The position numbers and the translations under genes were made by a program. Below are positions 29,882 through 41,174 of a stretch of DNA of 60,658 nt, one piece after another; within the stretch, counting starts at the first letter, position 1, and each line of letters begins with the position of its first letter. This DNA is from an uncultured Porticoccus sp. GTDB taxonomy: Bacteria; Pseudomonadota; Gammaproteobacteria; Pseudomonadales; Porticoccaceae. The notes under the pieces were generated by a model that saw only the letters and a program-made list of their open reading frames with translations, made no database searches and had not been told where the DNA came from. The stretch spans positions 3,494 through 64,151 of the forward strand of contig CAZSMR010000002.1 of the NCBI GenBank assembly GCA_964608185.1, written 5' to 3'.

Positions 29882-30751
29882 ATGAGTATTCGTCCTTTAC
29901 CTGTAGTGCTGTTAATAGCGCTAGTCTTAGTTTTTACTAGTACTTTGTATGTCGTCCAAGAAACAGAACTTGCTGTTAAGTTGCGCTTTGGTCGACTTAT
30001 AGAGACTAATATTCAGCCAGGGTTGCACTATAAAATCCCTTTTGTTGATAAGGTAAGAAAGTTCGATTCTAGGGTATTAACATTAGATGCTGATCCCGCT
30101 AGTTTTTTTACTGTAGAAAAGAAAAGATTAATAGTTGATGCCTTTTCCAAATGGCGAATCGTTGATGTAGATGTTTACTATAGGTCAACTGGTGGTAATC
30201 AAATTGTAGCTCAGGAGCGTTTAGCTAGTCGTGTCAATGATGGCTTACGTAACCAGTTTGGAGCAAGAACCTTAAATGAAGTAGTTTCTGGTGAGCGAGA
30301 TGAGCTGATGAAAAACTTAGCTGATAAGCTTAATAAAACTCTTCCTGAATCTTTAGGTGTCAGAGTAGTAGATGTTAGAATTAAGGGTATTGATTTACCC
30401 TCAGAAGTAAGCGAGCAGGTCTACAGAAGAATGAAGGCGGAGCGGGAAAAAGAAGCAAGAATACTCCGCTCCGAGGGTGGCGAATCAGCTGAAAAAATTC
30501 GTGCAGATGCAGATCGACAGAAAACAATCTTGTTAGCCAATGCCTATCGTGTTGCCGAACAAACACGGGGTAAGGGCGATGCGGAAGCAACCTCTACCTA
30601 TGCTTCTGCTTATACTAAAAACCCAGAGTTGTATGCTTTTATAAGAAGTATGACCGCTTATGGGAACTCTTTTTCAAATAAAGGAGACGTGCTCTTAGTA
30701 GATCCAAAGAGTGATTTCTTTCGTTATTTGAATAGCCAAACAGGCCAATAA
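29882..30751 (+). CDS. hflC: FtsH modulator HflC
   Basis: PGLHYKIPF, VYRRMKAERE, DFFRYL. Abuts hflK. Confidence 0.97.
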   Translation: MSIRPLPVVLLIALVLVFTSTLYVVQETELAVKLRFGRLIETNIQPGLHYKIPFVDKVRKFDSRVLTLDADPASFFTVEKKRLIVDAFSKWRIVDVDVYYRSTGGNQIVAQERLASRVNDGLRNQFGARTLNEVVSGERDELMKNLADKLNKTLPESLGVRVVDVRIKGIDLPSEVSEQVYRRMKAEREKEARILRSEGGESAEKIRADADRQKTILLANAYRVAEQTRGKGDAEATSTYASAYTKNPELYAFIRSMTAYGNSFSNKGDVLLVDPKSDFFRYLNSQTGQ

Positions 30752-30851
30752 TTTTAAATGTAGCTAAGCTGATCAGCATGTAATGCTGTATCTTTAATGA
30801 TAAGTTTTAAGAATGCATAAATGCACCCTTAAAGGTTGTAAAATTTCACGG

Positions 30852-30874
30852 CCGGGGTTAACCCGGTTTTTTTT
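30852..30874 (+). terminator. Intrinsic terminator-like hairpin between hflC and hisZ
   Basis: CCGGG-GTTAA-CCCGG followed by eight T. Confidence 0.65.
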
Positions 30875-30913
30875 GTGATTCATGAATAAATTTAGATTAA
30901 GCAGGTAAATTTA

Positions 30914-32095
30914 ATGACTGAAATAAATCAGTGGTTATTACCAGATGGAATTGAAGATATACTCCCTAAGCAGGCCCTAGAGATGGAAAATCTCAGGCGA
31001 AAAGTTTTAGATTTGTATCATTCTTGGGGCTATGATTTAGTTGTGCCACCTCTAGTTGAGTTCACTGAATCCCTTTTAAGCGGAACTGGTTCTGATCTTG
31101 ATTTAATGACATTTAAGTTAACTGATCAATTAAGTGGAAGGGCGATGGGGGTTCGTGCTGATTTAACCCCCCAGACAGCCCGCATGGATGCTCACAGCTT
31201 ACAACGTAAAGGACCTAGTCGTTTGTGCTATGTAGACACAGTTCTTTATACAAAACCTCGTCACCCACTTGAAAGTCGATCACCAATTCAAATTGGTGTC
31301 GAACTATATGGTGAATCAAGATTAGCTGCTGATATCGAAGTTATTAGGCTCATGATTGAAACACTAGGTTTAGTTGGTTTAAAAAGCCTCCGTTTGGATC
31401 TCGGACATGTGGGTATATATGAGAGCTTTATCGAAGCACTAAGCCTATCTAGTCAGCAAGAAAAAGAATTATTTAATTTGGTTCAAAGTAAAGCTATACC
31501 TCAACTCAACTCTTGGATCTCTTCAAACATTAAAGATAATGTGTATGCGCAAATGATAAAATCTCTCGTTGGCCTAGTAGGGGACATTTCTATTCTTGAT
31601 ACCGCTAGAAAGTTGTTAGCCGATGCGCCCGCAGAGGTTGAGCTCGCATTGGACGAACTTCAAGCTGTTGCTGATGCCTTAAAAATAAGTAGTCCTGATT
31701 TAGAGCTTTGCTTTGATTTAAGTGAATTACGAGGCTACCACTACCATACAGGATTAGTTTTTGCCGTTTATACACAAGGTATGGGCCAGGCTATTGGTAA
31801 TGGTGGCAGGTATGATCATGTAGGTGAAAGCTTTGGTAGATCACGAGCGGCAACTGGCTTCAACATGAATCTAAAAACACTTGTTCAATTTGATCAGAAC
31901 GAAAAAGTTACAATTTCAGGTATATTTGCGCCAGCGATGGATGGTAATGATCAGCACGATATAATACAAAAATTACGTCTTACTGGTAATCGTGTCGTAA
32001 GGGGCTTCGCTGGCCAAGAGCCGGATTTTGAGGAACTGGGCTGCGATAGGCAATTGGTTTTAGTAGATAAAGAGTTTCAAGTTATTCCTGTGTAG
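30914..32095 (+). CDS. hisZ: ATP phosphoribosyltransferase regulatory subunit
   Basis: WLLPDGIED, RADLTPQTARMDAH, ELRGYHYHTG, GGRYD. Upstream of purA. Confidence 0.95.
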   Translation: MTEINQWLLPDGIEDILPKQALEMENLRRKVLDLYHSWGYDLVVPPLVEFTESLLSGTGSDLDLMTFKLTDQLSGRAMGVRADLTPQTARMDAHSLQRKGPSRLCYVDTVLYTKPRHPLESRSPIQIGVELYGESRLAADIEVIRLMIETLGLVGLKSLRLDLGHVGIYESFIEALSLSSQQEKELFNLVQSKAIPQLNSWISSNIKDNVYAQMIKSLVGLVGDISILDTARKLLADAPAEVELALDELQAVADALKISSPDLELCFDLSELRGYHYHTGLVFAVYTQGMGQAIGNGGRYDHVGESFGRSRAATGFNMNLKTLVQFDQNEKVTISGIFAPAMDGNDQHDIIQKLRLTGNRVVRGFAGQEPDFEELGCDRQLVLVDKEFQVIPV

Positions 32096-32124
32096 TTAAT
32101 TTTTAATTAGTCCAGAGAAATTAG

Positions 32125-33417
<1,293 letters not shown>

Positions 33418-33514
33418 TAAGAAAAAAGATATCAAGACAATCACGCAGAAAAACAAACTAAAAAAATATTTTGAAAAATTACTTCTAGTAGAAAAATTTC
33501 TATTCTGAACTGAA

Positions 33515-34249
33515 TTAAATGGCTTTAATCTCAGATATTGCATTAAGAATTGTTTTTGCATCACCGTTTATGTTTGAGTCTGGTGCCAGCTCTGGCCATA
33601 AAGATGAAAGCTTATCCACAATGTTTATTATGCTTAATAGTCTCTGTTTCTGAGATTCATCTTCTGTTGATGTACCCATTAAAATATTTTTTGCCATCGT
33701 TGTGAATCCAAGGGCATCTTGATATTCGTATTTATTTTCAACCTTACTATTTACAATACCTACAGCATATTCGTCTGCTGCAATTTCTAATAAAGAAATA
33801 ACTAGCTCAATTTTTTTATCAACAGAACCGCTTGTTTGGTTAGTAAACTCTTCATTCTTACTAATAGCTTTGAGTAAGCTTTGATAATGTGTACTGATGG
33901 TTTTTAGCGACTCTTCGTCTTCAACAGAGGATGCCAAATCTTCTAATTCAGAGGCGAATCCTGGGGCACCTTTAACCAAAAAAGTCGGAATCATAGCTCC
34001 ATATAGTTCACTTTTTGGATGCTTCATATGCATTTTTGCATTGTCTATATTAGATGCTTTATAAAGCTCAATACCTACCCACAGGTGACCTTTCATTAAG
34101 TTAATATTTGCTAGGTATTCATTATCATCAGTAATTATTTTTGGTGTTTCATCCCTTTTGTCATCATGCCCATCACCATGATGACTTGCAAATGCAGAAT
34201 ATCCAATTGTCAAAAAAAGAATTATGGTTGTTATAATATTTTTTTTCAT
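33515..34249 (-). CDS. Secreted His/Glu-rich hypothetical protein, putative metal-binding partner of FTR1
   Basis: ATG 34249 begins a Sec signal peptide (MKKNII..AFA), then SHHGDGHDD, KGHL, HMKHPKSELY, ADEY, EYQDALGF. Lies 17 nt downstream of the FTR1 gene. Confidence 0.75.
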   Translation of the reverse strand: MKKNIITTIILFLTIGYSAFASHHGDGHDDKRDETPKIITDDNEYLANINLMKGHLWVGIELYKASNIDNAKMHMKHPKSELYGAMIPTFLVKGAPGFASELEDLASSVEDEESLKTISTHYQSLLKAISKNEEFTNQTSGSVDKKIELVISLLEIAADEYAVGIVNSKVENKYEYQDALGFTTMAKNILMGTSTEDESQKQRLLSIINIVDKLSSLWPELAPDSNINGDAKTILNAISEIKAI

Positions 34250-34266
34250 AGCAGTAACTTCTTTAT

Positions 34267-35157
34267 TTAAAAGTAAAATTTTCTCCACATTCTTACCCCG
34301 AAGAATAGGGACAAGATCCATAAAATTACTTCTGGGTAGCTAGGATTGCTGTTGTAGCCAAAGAATCCTTTCAAAAAAACGCCAACTCTGCCTTTATCAT
34401 GCAATAAATGAGTATATTTATTTTTCCCATTTATATTATATGAGTAAAAAAATGATTCTTCAGCTTCATGCTTGGGTTTTAATATATTCCAAACTCTAGG
34501 GATCTCAGCTTTTTCTTTTATACCAAAAGTTTCAAGATGATCACCTTTTACAACAAACTCTTCTACTTCATGCGTGCCATATGCAACCATTCCAGAAGCA
34601 AATATCACCAGCATAAAAGTTGTTGTTCTGAAGAATAGCTTAAGATTTATTTTTCTTCCTTGAATAACTATTGCATACCCAATTAATACAGCAATTATCA
34701 TACCTGCAAAGAACCCTAGGTATGAGAAACTACCAGACATATTAAAACTTCCCATTAGAAATAAGGCTGTTTCGAATCCTTCACGTAAAATAGCAAAAAA
34801 TACAACTAAAAATATCCCCCATCCAGCAGCTTCAATTGCTTCATTTGTTTTTTGCTCCATAACCGTTCTCTGGCTTACATACTTAGATAACCAAAATATT
34901 ACATACCATAATAGTAAAGCAGTGATGTACATACTAATGCCTTCAAAGAGCGACTGGATAGATGCGTTACCTATCAACTCTTTGGCAATATTTATAGCGA
35001 AAGCAACACCAGCACTAGCAATAATTGCCGAAAAAACTGCCAACCAAAGCTGTTTGATTTCTTTTTTTAAGTTATTTTTTTCTAAGAGGGTGTATATGAT
35101 ACCAACTATTAAGCAAGCCTCTAAACACTCTCTAAAAGTTATAATAAATTCATTCAT
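34267..35157 (-). CDS. FTR1/EfeU-family iron permease
   Basis: Two REXXE motifs (FRECLEA, LREGFET), multiple TM helices, late HE motif and C-terminal FGY..P. ATG 35157. Confidence 0.92.
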   Translation of the reverse strand: MNEFIITFRECLEACLIVGIIYTLLEKNNLKKEIKQLWLAVFSAIIASAGVAFAINIAKELIGNASIQSLFEGISMYITALLLWYVIFWLSKYVSQRTVMEQKTNEAIEAAGWGIFLVVFFAILREGFETALFLMGSFNMSGSFSYLGFFAGMIIAVLIGYAIVIQGRKINLKLFFRTTTFMLVIFASGMVAYGTHEVEEFVVKGDHLETFGIKEKAEIPRVWNILKPKHEAEESFFYSYNINGKNKYTHLLHDKGRVGVFLKGFFGYNSNPSYPEVILWILSLFFGVRMWRKFYF

Positions 35158-35196
35158 ATTTATTTTTTTCAAATTTAAATTTATATAATTATTTTA

Positions 35197-35215
35197 AATG
35201 AGAATTATTATCATT
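35197..35215. promoter_or_regulatory. Fur box
   Basis: AATGAGAAT-T-ATTATCATT has one mismatch to the 9-1-9 Fur palindrome. It lies about 40 nt upstream of the FTR1 start. Confidence 0.88.
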
Positions 35216-35284
35216 ACAACAAATCAGTGCAAGCAATGAAAACAAAGATTTTAATTTTTTATGCGCTGCTTTGAAAATTAAAGG

Positions 35285-35827
35285 CTATTTTTTCCAGGAT
35301 CTATTTATTGTCCCAGTACAAATATCGGAGTTGTTATTTTTTATATTTTTAAAGTGATGCTTGAGCATCAGCTCGACAACGGGAAAAGCTAAATCTTTCC
35401 AAGGGATATCATTTTCTGTAAAAAATTTAACCTCTAGGGACTCAATACCTGGACAATATGAACCGTCGATGACATCACCTTGATAAAATATATATACCTG
35501 ATTAATGTGAGGCAGGTCAAATATTCCGTAAAAAATAGGGTTTTCTATAGAAGCGTGAGCCTCTTCTTCTGATTCCCGAAGTGCTGCTTCTAAGCAAGTT
35601 TCGTTATTTTCCATGAATCCAGCCGGGAGTGTCCAGAATCCAAGACGGGGTTCGATAGCTCTTCGACATAATAAAACTTTGTTATCAAAAATTGGAACAC
35701 AGCCAGCTATGATTTTTGGATTTTGATAATGTATAGCATCACAGTTTTCACAAACAGCGCGTTTTCGGTTGTCTCCAATAGGAATTTTCAGGCTAGTGGC
35801 ATTACCGCAATCGCTACAATAATTCAT
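35285..35827 (-). CDS. NUDIX hydrolase with N-terminal zinc ribbon
   Basis: CSDCG..CENC..HYQNPK and Nudix box GFMENNETCLEAALRESEEEA. Confidence 0.9.
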   Translation of the reverse strand: MNYCSDCGNATSLKIPIGDNRKRAVCENCDAIHYQNPKIIAGCVPIFDNKVLLCRRAIEPRLGFWTLPAGFMENNETCLEAALRESEEEAHASIENPIFYGIFDLPHINQVYIFYQGDVIDGSYCPGIESLEVKFFTENDIPWKDLAFPVVELMLKHHFKNIKNNNSDICTGTINRSWKK

Positions 35828-35976
35828 AAGACTCCGTCGTTGTAATGAGTTGCTATCAAGTATATATAAATGTTGATAAAAATTGCTATATTGTTCTAAC
35901 TCAGTTTTTTTAAGTTGTAACCTGAAGAAAATTATTCAATAATTTAGTTAGAAGTATCCATAATCTTGGTATAAAA

Positions 35977-36159
35977 ATGACTGGTATTATTCCATCGCCC
36001 TGCGTTTCAATTTGCTCCATGAATGAGGAGGACCTCTGTGTTGGTTGCTATCGTAACTCCCGCGAAATTAGAGAGTGGATGCTGATGGAGGATGCTGAGC
36101 GCTCTGAGGTTATAGAAGCTGCTTTTCAGCGAGCAAAAAAAAATAACCCTTTTGCTTAA
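35977..36159 (+). CDS. DUF1289-family small Cys-rich protein
   Basis: SPCVSIC..CVGCYR..EIREW. Confidence 0.85.
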   Translation: MTGIIPSPCVSICSMNEEDLCVGCYRNSREIREWMLMEDAERSEVIEAAFQRAKKNNPFA

Positions 36160-36209
36160 AAATACACTGTATCAAAAAACTAACCTTTGATTGGTTAAAA
36201 TAAACCCAT

Positions 36210-37505
36210 CTAGTCTTCATCCTCTTCTTGTTCGCACTTCATTTTTTTAACAAGTTGCCTAACTTGTAATTTAGCTACACTTTTGTCACTTAGAGCTATT
36301 GTCTCAATACGATAATTTTCTATTGACAGAGATACATTGCCATCAGGTATGTTTTCTAAATACTCTAAGACAAGACCACTTAAAGTTTTCGGCCCATCAG
36401 TTGGAAGATTCCAGCCAGCTTCTTTGTTTATTTCTCTTATGGTCTGAGATCCGTCAATTTCAAAAAAATCATTCTTAATTATAGCCATTCCAGTTTTTTC
36501 ATCTTCAGCTTTATTTGTAGTAAAATCACCTACAATTTCTTCTAAGATATCCTCTAGAGTAACAAGTCCCTCAATTTCACCATACTCATCAACAACCAAT
36601 GCAATTCTGCGCTGATTCAACTTAAAGTTTAATAATTGTTTGTTGAGAGGTGTATTTTTTGGCACAAAATATGGCTCACGAGCAAATCTCTTAATAGCCT
36701 TTTGAGTTAGACCTTCTCCATCCATACGAAGTAATCTAGGTACGGTTTTCATATGAAGGATACCCTCAATTTGATTGATGTCTCCTCTATAGATTGGAAT
36801 ACGCGTATAACCACAATCAATAATAGTATCTAGGATGCCTTCCTTTTTATTATCCAAGTTCAACCCTACTATTTCATTACGAGGAACCATGATGTCATTC
36901 ACGGTTATCTCCTCAAGATCCAAAATATTAATTAACATATTTTCATTTTCGGGTGTTTTTTTACTTGATATACCCACCACAGTTCGAAGCTCATCTTTAC
37001 TTAGGCTGTCGTCTCTACCTTTGTTTGGGTTGATTCCAAAAATTCTTAATAGTCCATTCGAAAGCTGATTAACTATCCATACAAAAGGGTAAAATATTAT
37101 TAAGAGGGGCCTAAGTATATGACTAGAGAAAAAAGCGATACCCTCTGGATGTAAAGCTGCTACGGTTTTTGGGGTTACTTCGGCAAATATGAGCACTACT
37201 AGTGTCAGAAGTATTGTGCCAAAAAATATACCAGCATCACCATAAAGTCGAATCGCTATGACTGTTGCAATTGCTGAGCAAAGTATATGAGTAAGATTAT
37301 TTCCTATTAAAATTATTCCGATCAGCTTATCTGGTCGCGCTAAAAGCTTATAGGCTTTGCGAGCACCCCGATGTTTTTTTCTCAGATTATCTAAACGATA
37401 TCGGTTGAGAGACATCATTGCGGTTTCTGAGCTGGAAAAAAAAGCTGATAATATTATTAGGCCACAGAGAATAGAAAATAAGAGCCCTATAGGAGTGTCG
37501 TTCAA
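36210..37505 (-). CDS. HlyC/CorC (CNNM-CBS-CorC) membrane protein, YfjD-like
   Basis: SAFFSSSETA, ILIGNN, FAEVTPK, VVDEYG..TLEDILEEIVG. Probable TTG start at 37505, alternative ATG 37541. Confidence 0.92.
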   Translation of the reverse strand: MNDTPIGLLFSILCGLIILSAFFSSSETAMMSLNRYRLDNLRKKHRGARKAYKLLARPDKLIGIILIGNNLTHILCSAIATVIAIRLYGDAGIFFGTILLTLVVLIFAEVTPKTVAALHPEGIAFFSSHILRPLLIIFYPFVWIVNQLSNGLLRIFGINPNKGRDDSLSKDELRTVVGISSKKTPENENMLINILDLEEITVNDIMVPRNEIVGLNLDNKKEGILDTIIDCGYTRIPIYRGDINQIEGILHMKTVPRLLRMDGEGLTQKAIKRFAREPYFVPKNTPLNKQLLNFKLNQRRIALVVDEYGEIEGLVTLEDILEEIVGDFTTNKAEDEKTGMAIIKNDFFEIDGSQTIREINKEAGWNLPTDGPKTLSGLVLEYLENIPDGNVSLSIENYRIETIALSDKSVAKLQVRQLVKKMKCEQEEDED

Positions 37506-37628
37506 AGAAGAAAAAACCTTTTTTACTTTTGGATTGTACATGTTGAAGAAATTTTTCTAGATTAGCAAGCGTTCCATTAATACCTTGATTTGCTAATATC
37601 GTCTTAGATGGCATTAAACTCCTTATAA

Positions 37629-38438
37629 TCAAGGATTGGAGAGCAACACCTCTAAAACAAACTTCGTGCCCCAGTAAGCCAGAGCTAAGGTGCCGAACCC
37701 AACTAAAGTCCACCTTATAGCTGTCTTTCCTCTCCATCCTCTGAAATGCCGACCCCAAAGTAAGATAGCAAAAAATATCCAAGAGAAAAGTGAAAAGAAT
37801 GCTTTGTGAGCAAGGTGTTGAGCAAAGAGGTCTTCGAAAAAAATTAAGCCTGTTGCTAGTGATAGCGTTAGTAAGCCAAATCCTGCCCATAGTGTTTCGA
37901 ATAAAAGAGATTCCATTGTCTGAAGTGATGGAAGAATTTGCGGAAAATTTCCGAAATGTTTACGTCTCAATCTCCATTCTTGAAGAGCTAAAAATAGCGC
38001 CTGGAATGCTGCAATAGTGAGCATGCTAAACGATAAGATCGAAAGAAAAATATGAAATCCTACTTGAGTTGAAACTAAAGGGGTATCGATTCCTACAGTT
38101 TTGGTTTTCATAGCAATTGTTGTCATGGCGATCGATAAAATTAGAGCACTCAGGGGGAAAAGCAATAAGACACAATCTTGGCACTTTCGTTTGAAGCTAC
38201 TAGCCAGGGCAATACAATTAACTGCAAAAATTATAATCGTTATAATTGAAATAAGACTAAAAGTAACACCCTGATCAGTTAGCATCCATTTTAGGCTCGC
38301 ATAGCCATGAAGAGAAACTGCTAAAAAAGAAAGAAAAATTATTACAGCAGGATTTTGACTAACTTTTTTGCTTAACTGCAGTGCTTGATAGAGCGCTGTA
38401 ACCAAATAAAATATTATTGATGCGGCGGCTATTAACAT
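37629..38438 (-). CDS. CcsA-family inner membrane protein, YpjD-like
   Basis: LPSLQTMESLLF, DLFAQHLAHK, GWRG, LAYWGTKFVLE. Divergent from ffh. Confidence 0.9.
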   Translation of the reverse strand: MLIAAASIIFYLVTALYQALQLSKKVSQNPAVIIFLSFLAVSLHGYASLKWMLTDQGVTFSLISIITIIIFAVNCIALASSFKRKCQDCVLLLFPLSALILSIAMTTIAMKTKTVGIDTPLVSTQVGFHIFLSILSFSMLTIAAFQALFLALQEWRLRRKHFGNFPQILPSLQTMESLLFETLWAGFGLLTLSLATGLIFFEDLFAQHLAHKAFFSLFSWIFFAILLWGRHFRGWRGKTAIRWTLVGFGTLALAYWGTKFVLEVLLSNP

Positions 38439-38720
38439 AGTATTTTCTATTTCACTTATTTAATGGAAATCATAATTTTATAGTTTTTCATATGTATTGT
38501 TCGGCGAAAATAGGTCTAAAAATTAGCCGTTTGTAAAAAATATGGAATCGCACAGTAAGATAGTATTTTAAACTGAGTCCAAAAAAAGTTTGTTAACATT
38601 AGTTAATAACAATATAAGTTAAAAACTAATAAAAATCCAAAAAAGACTAATTTTAATTATATTAAAAAAATAAGATATAATAATTCCTTAACACGTCAAT
38701 TGTGCAACTGAAAATTAACT

Positions 38721-40118
38721 ATGGCTATTTTTCAAAATCTTAGTGATCGTCTATCCAATACCTTAAAGAAAATTTCTGGAAAGGCACATCTTTCTGAAGA
38801 AAATATTAAGGAGGTTCTCAGAGAGGTCCGTATGGCTCTACTTGAGGCAGACGTAGCTCTTCCTGTTGTTAAGAAATTAATTGAGGATCTAAAACAAAAG
38901 GCTTTAGGGAAAGACGTTAATCAAAATCTTAATCCGAGCCAGCAGTTTTTAAAAATTGTTCAACTTGAATTAGAAAGCTTGATGGGTGATTGTAATGAGG
39001 AACTGAATCTTGCTGCACAGTCTCCAGCTGTCGTTTTAGTAGCCGGCCTACAAGGTGCTGGTAAAACTACTTCTATCGCAAAGTTAGCAAATTTTCTTAT
39101 TAAAAGAAAAAAGAAAAAAGTTATGGTGGTTAGTGCAGATATATATCGTCCTGCAGCAATAAAGCAACTGGAAGTCTTGGCTGGCCAAGTAGATGCTGAG
39201 TTTCATCCAAGTCAGCTTTCAGAAAATCCTGTCGATATTGTTTCAGGAGCACTCAAGTCCGCTAAAATTAAGTTTATGGATGTTTTACTTGTTGATACTG
39301 CAGGCCGACTCCATGTGGATGACGAGTTGATGAGCGAGATTAAGCTGATTCATGCAGCAGTCAATCCTATAGAAACACTCTTTGTTGCTGATGCCATGAT
39401 TGGGCAGGATGCAGTTATCAGTGCTAAAGCTTTTAATAACAGCTTGCCCTTAACTGGAGTAATTCTTACTAAAGTAGACGGTGACGCTCGTGGTGGTGCG
39501 GCTTTATCAATTCGGCAAGTTACAGGAAAGCCAATAAAATTCCTGGGAGTTGGAGAAAAAATAGATGCCCTAGAACCATTTTATCCAGAACGCATAGCAT
39601 CTAGAATACTCGGTATGGGTGATGTTATGTCGCTCATCGAAGAGGTAGAAGAAAAGGTTGATCGAAAAAAAGCAGATCATCTTGCAAAAAAAGTTTCACA
39701 AGGCAAAAAATTTGATCTGAATGATTTGAGAGATCAATTACAGCAAATGAAAAGTATGGGTGGTCTATCAGGCATGATGGAAAAATTACCTGGGTTGGGT
39801 AATATGCCGCAAATAAATGCAAAGCCAGACATAGCAAATAACTTTTCTCGAATGGAGTTCATTATTGACTCAATGACTCCCATAGAGCGAAGAAAACCAG
39901 AAATTTTAAATGGTTCTCGAAAGAGAAGGATTACAAAAGGTTCCGGTACGACCTTGCAAGACCTAAATCGTTTGCTTAAACAACATAAGCAGATGGGTAT
40001 GATGATGAAGAAAATGAAGGGTAAAGGGATGCAACGAATGATGAAGGGAATGTCTGATGTTTCCTCACCCCTAGGTGGAGGTTCATTTCCGGGAGGAAAC
40101 GGTAAGTTCCGTCTCTAA
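38721..40118 (+). CDS. ffh: Signal recognition particle protein
   Basis: ALLEADV, GLQGAGKTT, DTAGR, TKVDGDARGGAALS and a Met-rich C-terminus. Confidence 0.98.
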   Translation: MAIFQNLSDRLSNTLKKISGKAHLSEENIKEVLREVRMALLEADVALPVVKKLIEDLKQKALGKDVNQNLNPSQQFLKIVQLELESLMGDCNEELNLAAQSPAVVLVAGLQGAGKTTSIAKLANFLIKRKKKKVMVVSADIYRPAAIKQLEVLAGQVDAEFHPSQLSENPVDIVSGALKSAKIKFMDVLLVDTAGRLHVDDELMSEIKLIHAAVNPIETLFVADAMIGQDAVISAKAFNNSLPLTGVILTKVDGDARGGAALSIRQVTGKPIKFLGVGEKIDALEPFYPERIASRILGMGDVMSLIEEVEEKVDRKKADHLAKKVSQGKKFDLNDLRDQLQQMKSMGGLSGMMEKLPGLGNMPQINAKPDIANNFSRMEFIIDSMTPIERRKPEILNGSRKRRITKGSGTTLQDLNRLLKQHKQMGMMMKKMKGKGMQRMMKGMSDVSSPLGGGSFPGGNGKFRL

Positions 40119-40165
40119 AAAGAATCTCTATCACCAGATTAACTGAACATAGCTTAACCTAAAAC

Positions 40166-40202
40166 TATACATATAGAAATCTTTTGGATATAATTCCGCG
40201 CC
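40166..40202 (+). promoter_or_regulatory. Sigma70 promoter of the rpsP operon with GC-rich discriminator
   Basis: TATACA-17 nt-TATAAT (40189-40194) followed by TCCGCGCC. Confidence 0.6.
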
Positions 40203-40301
40203 TTAGAATCTACTGGGTTTTTTATCGGATTTTGACAAATGTATCTACGCATCCAATAAGCCAGTTATTCGAAATAATAATAAATAACAAAGAGAAGCTT
40301 C

Positions 40302-40547
40302 ATGGTAACAATTCGTTTAGCTCGTGGGGGGTCTAAAAAGCGCCCTTTTTATCACATCCATGTTACTGACAGTCGCCAAGCAAGAGACGGCAAGTACATA
40401 GAAAGAATTGGGTTCTTTAACCCTGTTGCACGCGGAGAAGAAGAGCGTCTTCGTGTCGATACGGATCGGGTTCAACATTGGATAGGTTTGGGAGCAGGTG
40501 TTAGCGACCGAGTCTCGCGTTTAATGAAAGAGTTTGCTGCAGCTTGA
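40302..40547 (+). CDS. rpsP: 30S ribosomal protein S16
   Basis: [26 protein letters not shown]. Confidence 0.98.
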   Translation: MVTIRLARGGSKKRPFYHIHVTDSRQARDGKYIERIGFFNPVARGEEERLRVDTDRVQHWIGLGAGVSDRVSRLMKEFAAA

Positions 40548-40568
40548 TGCTGACATTTTCTGACTAAA

Positions 40569-41126
40569 GTGAGCTCAATTAATTCTTTTTCAGAATCCAT
40601 TGCCCCATCATCTCCTGTTATTGTTGGCCGTATTACCACGGTTCATGGAATTAAAGGCTGGGTGAAAATACACTCTTATACTGAAGATCCAGAAAAAATT
40701 CTTCAGTACAAACCTTGGTGGCTAGACACAAGTGAAGGCTGGAAAAAAATTGAAGTCAATGCATATAAAGTAGCAGGCCAAAATCTGATTATTCAAGTAT
40801 GTAATTTTGATGATAGAGATATTGCTCGACAAGAGTTATGTCAAAGAGACATAGCTGTAGAACGATCAGAGTTCCCAAAGTTAGATGTGAGCGAGCACTA
40901 TTGGTATCAACTTAAGGGTCTAAGGGTTGCTACAAACAAAGAATCAGTTGATCTTGGGGTAGTTGTTGGCTTGATGCAAACTGGAGCAAATGATGTCCTT
41001 CAAATCAAAGGTGATGCCCATAGCTTGGATCTTAAGGAAAGATTACTTCCGTGTACAAAACAGGTAATTTTATCTGTAAATCTTAAATCTAATAAGATCG
41101 AGGTGAACTGGGATCCTGAATTTTAA
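40569..41126 (+). CDS. rimM: Ribosome maturation factor RimM
   Basis: VGRITTVHGIKGWVK, YWYQLKG, TGANDVL, WDPEF. Confidence 0.96.
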   Translation: MSSINSFSESIAPSSPVIVGRITTVHGIKGWVKIHSYTEDPEKILQYKPWWLDTSEGWKKIEVNAYKVAGQNLIIQVCNFDDRDIARQELCQRDIAVERSEFPKLDVSEHYWYQLKGLRVATNKESVDLGVVVGLMQTGANDVLQIKGDAHSLDLKERLLPCTKQVILSVNLKSNKIEVNWDPEF

Positions 41127-41174
41127 TAGGTGTAAAAAATTACTAAGATTGAGATATGAGCTAACATTTTGGCT

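Noticed and set aside
38439-38720. sRNA or operator in the AT-rich ypjD-ffh spacer
   Set aside because: It holds only AT-rich inverted repeats expected by chance. It has no SRP-RNA-like GC stem.
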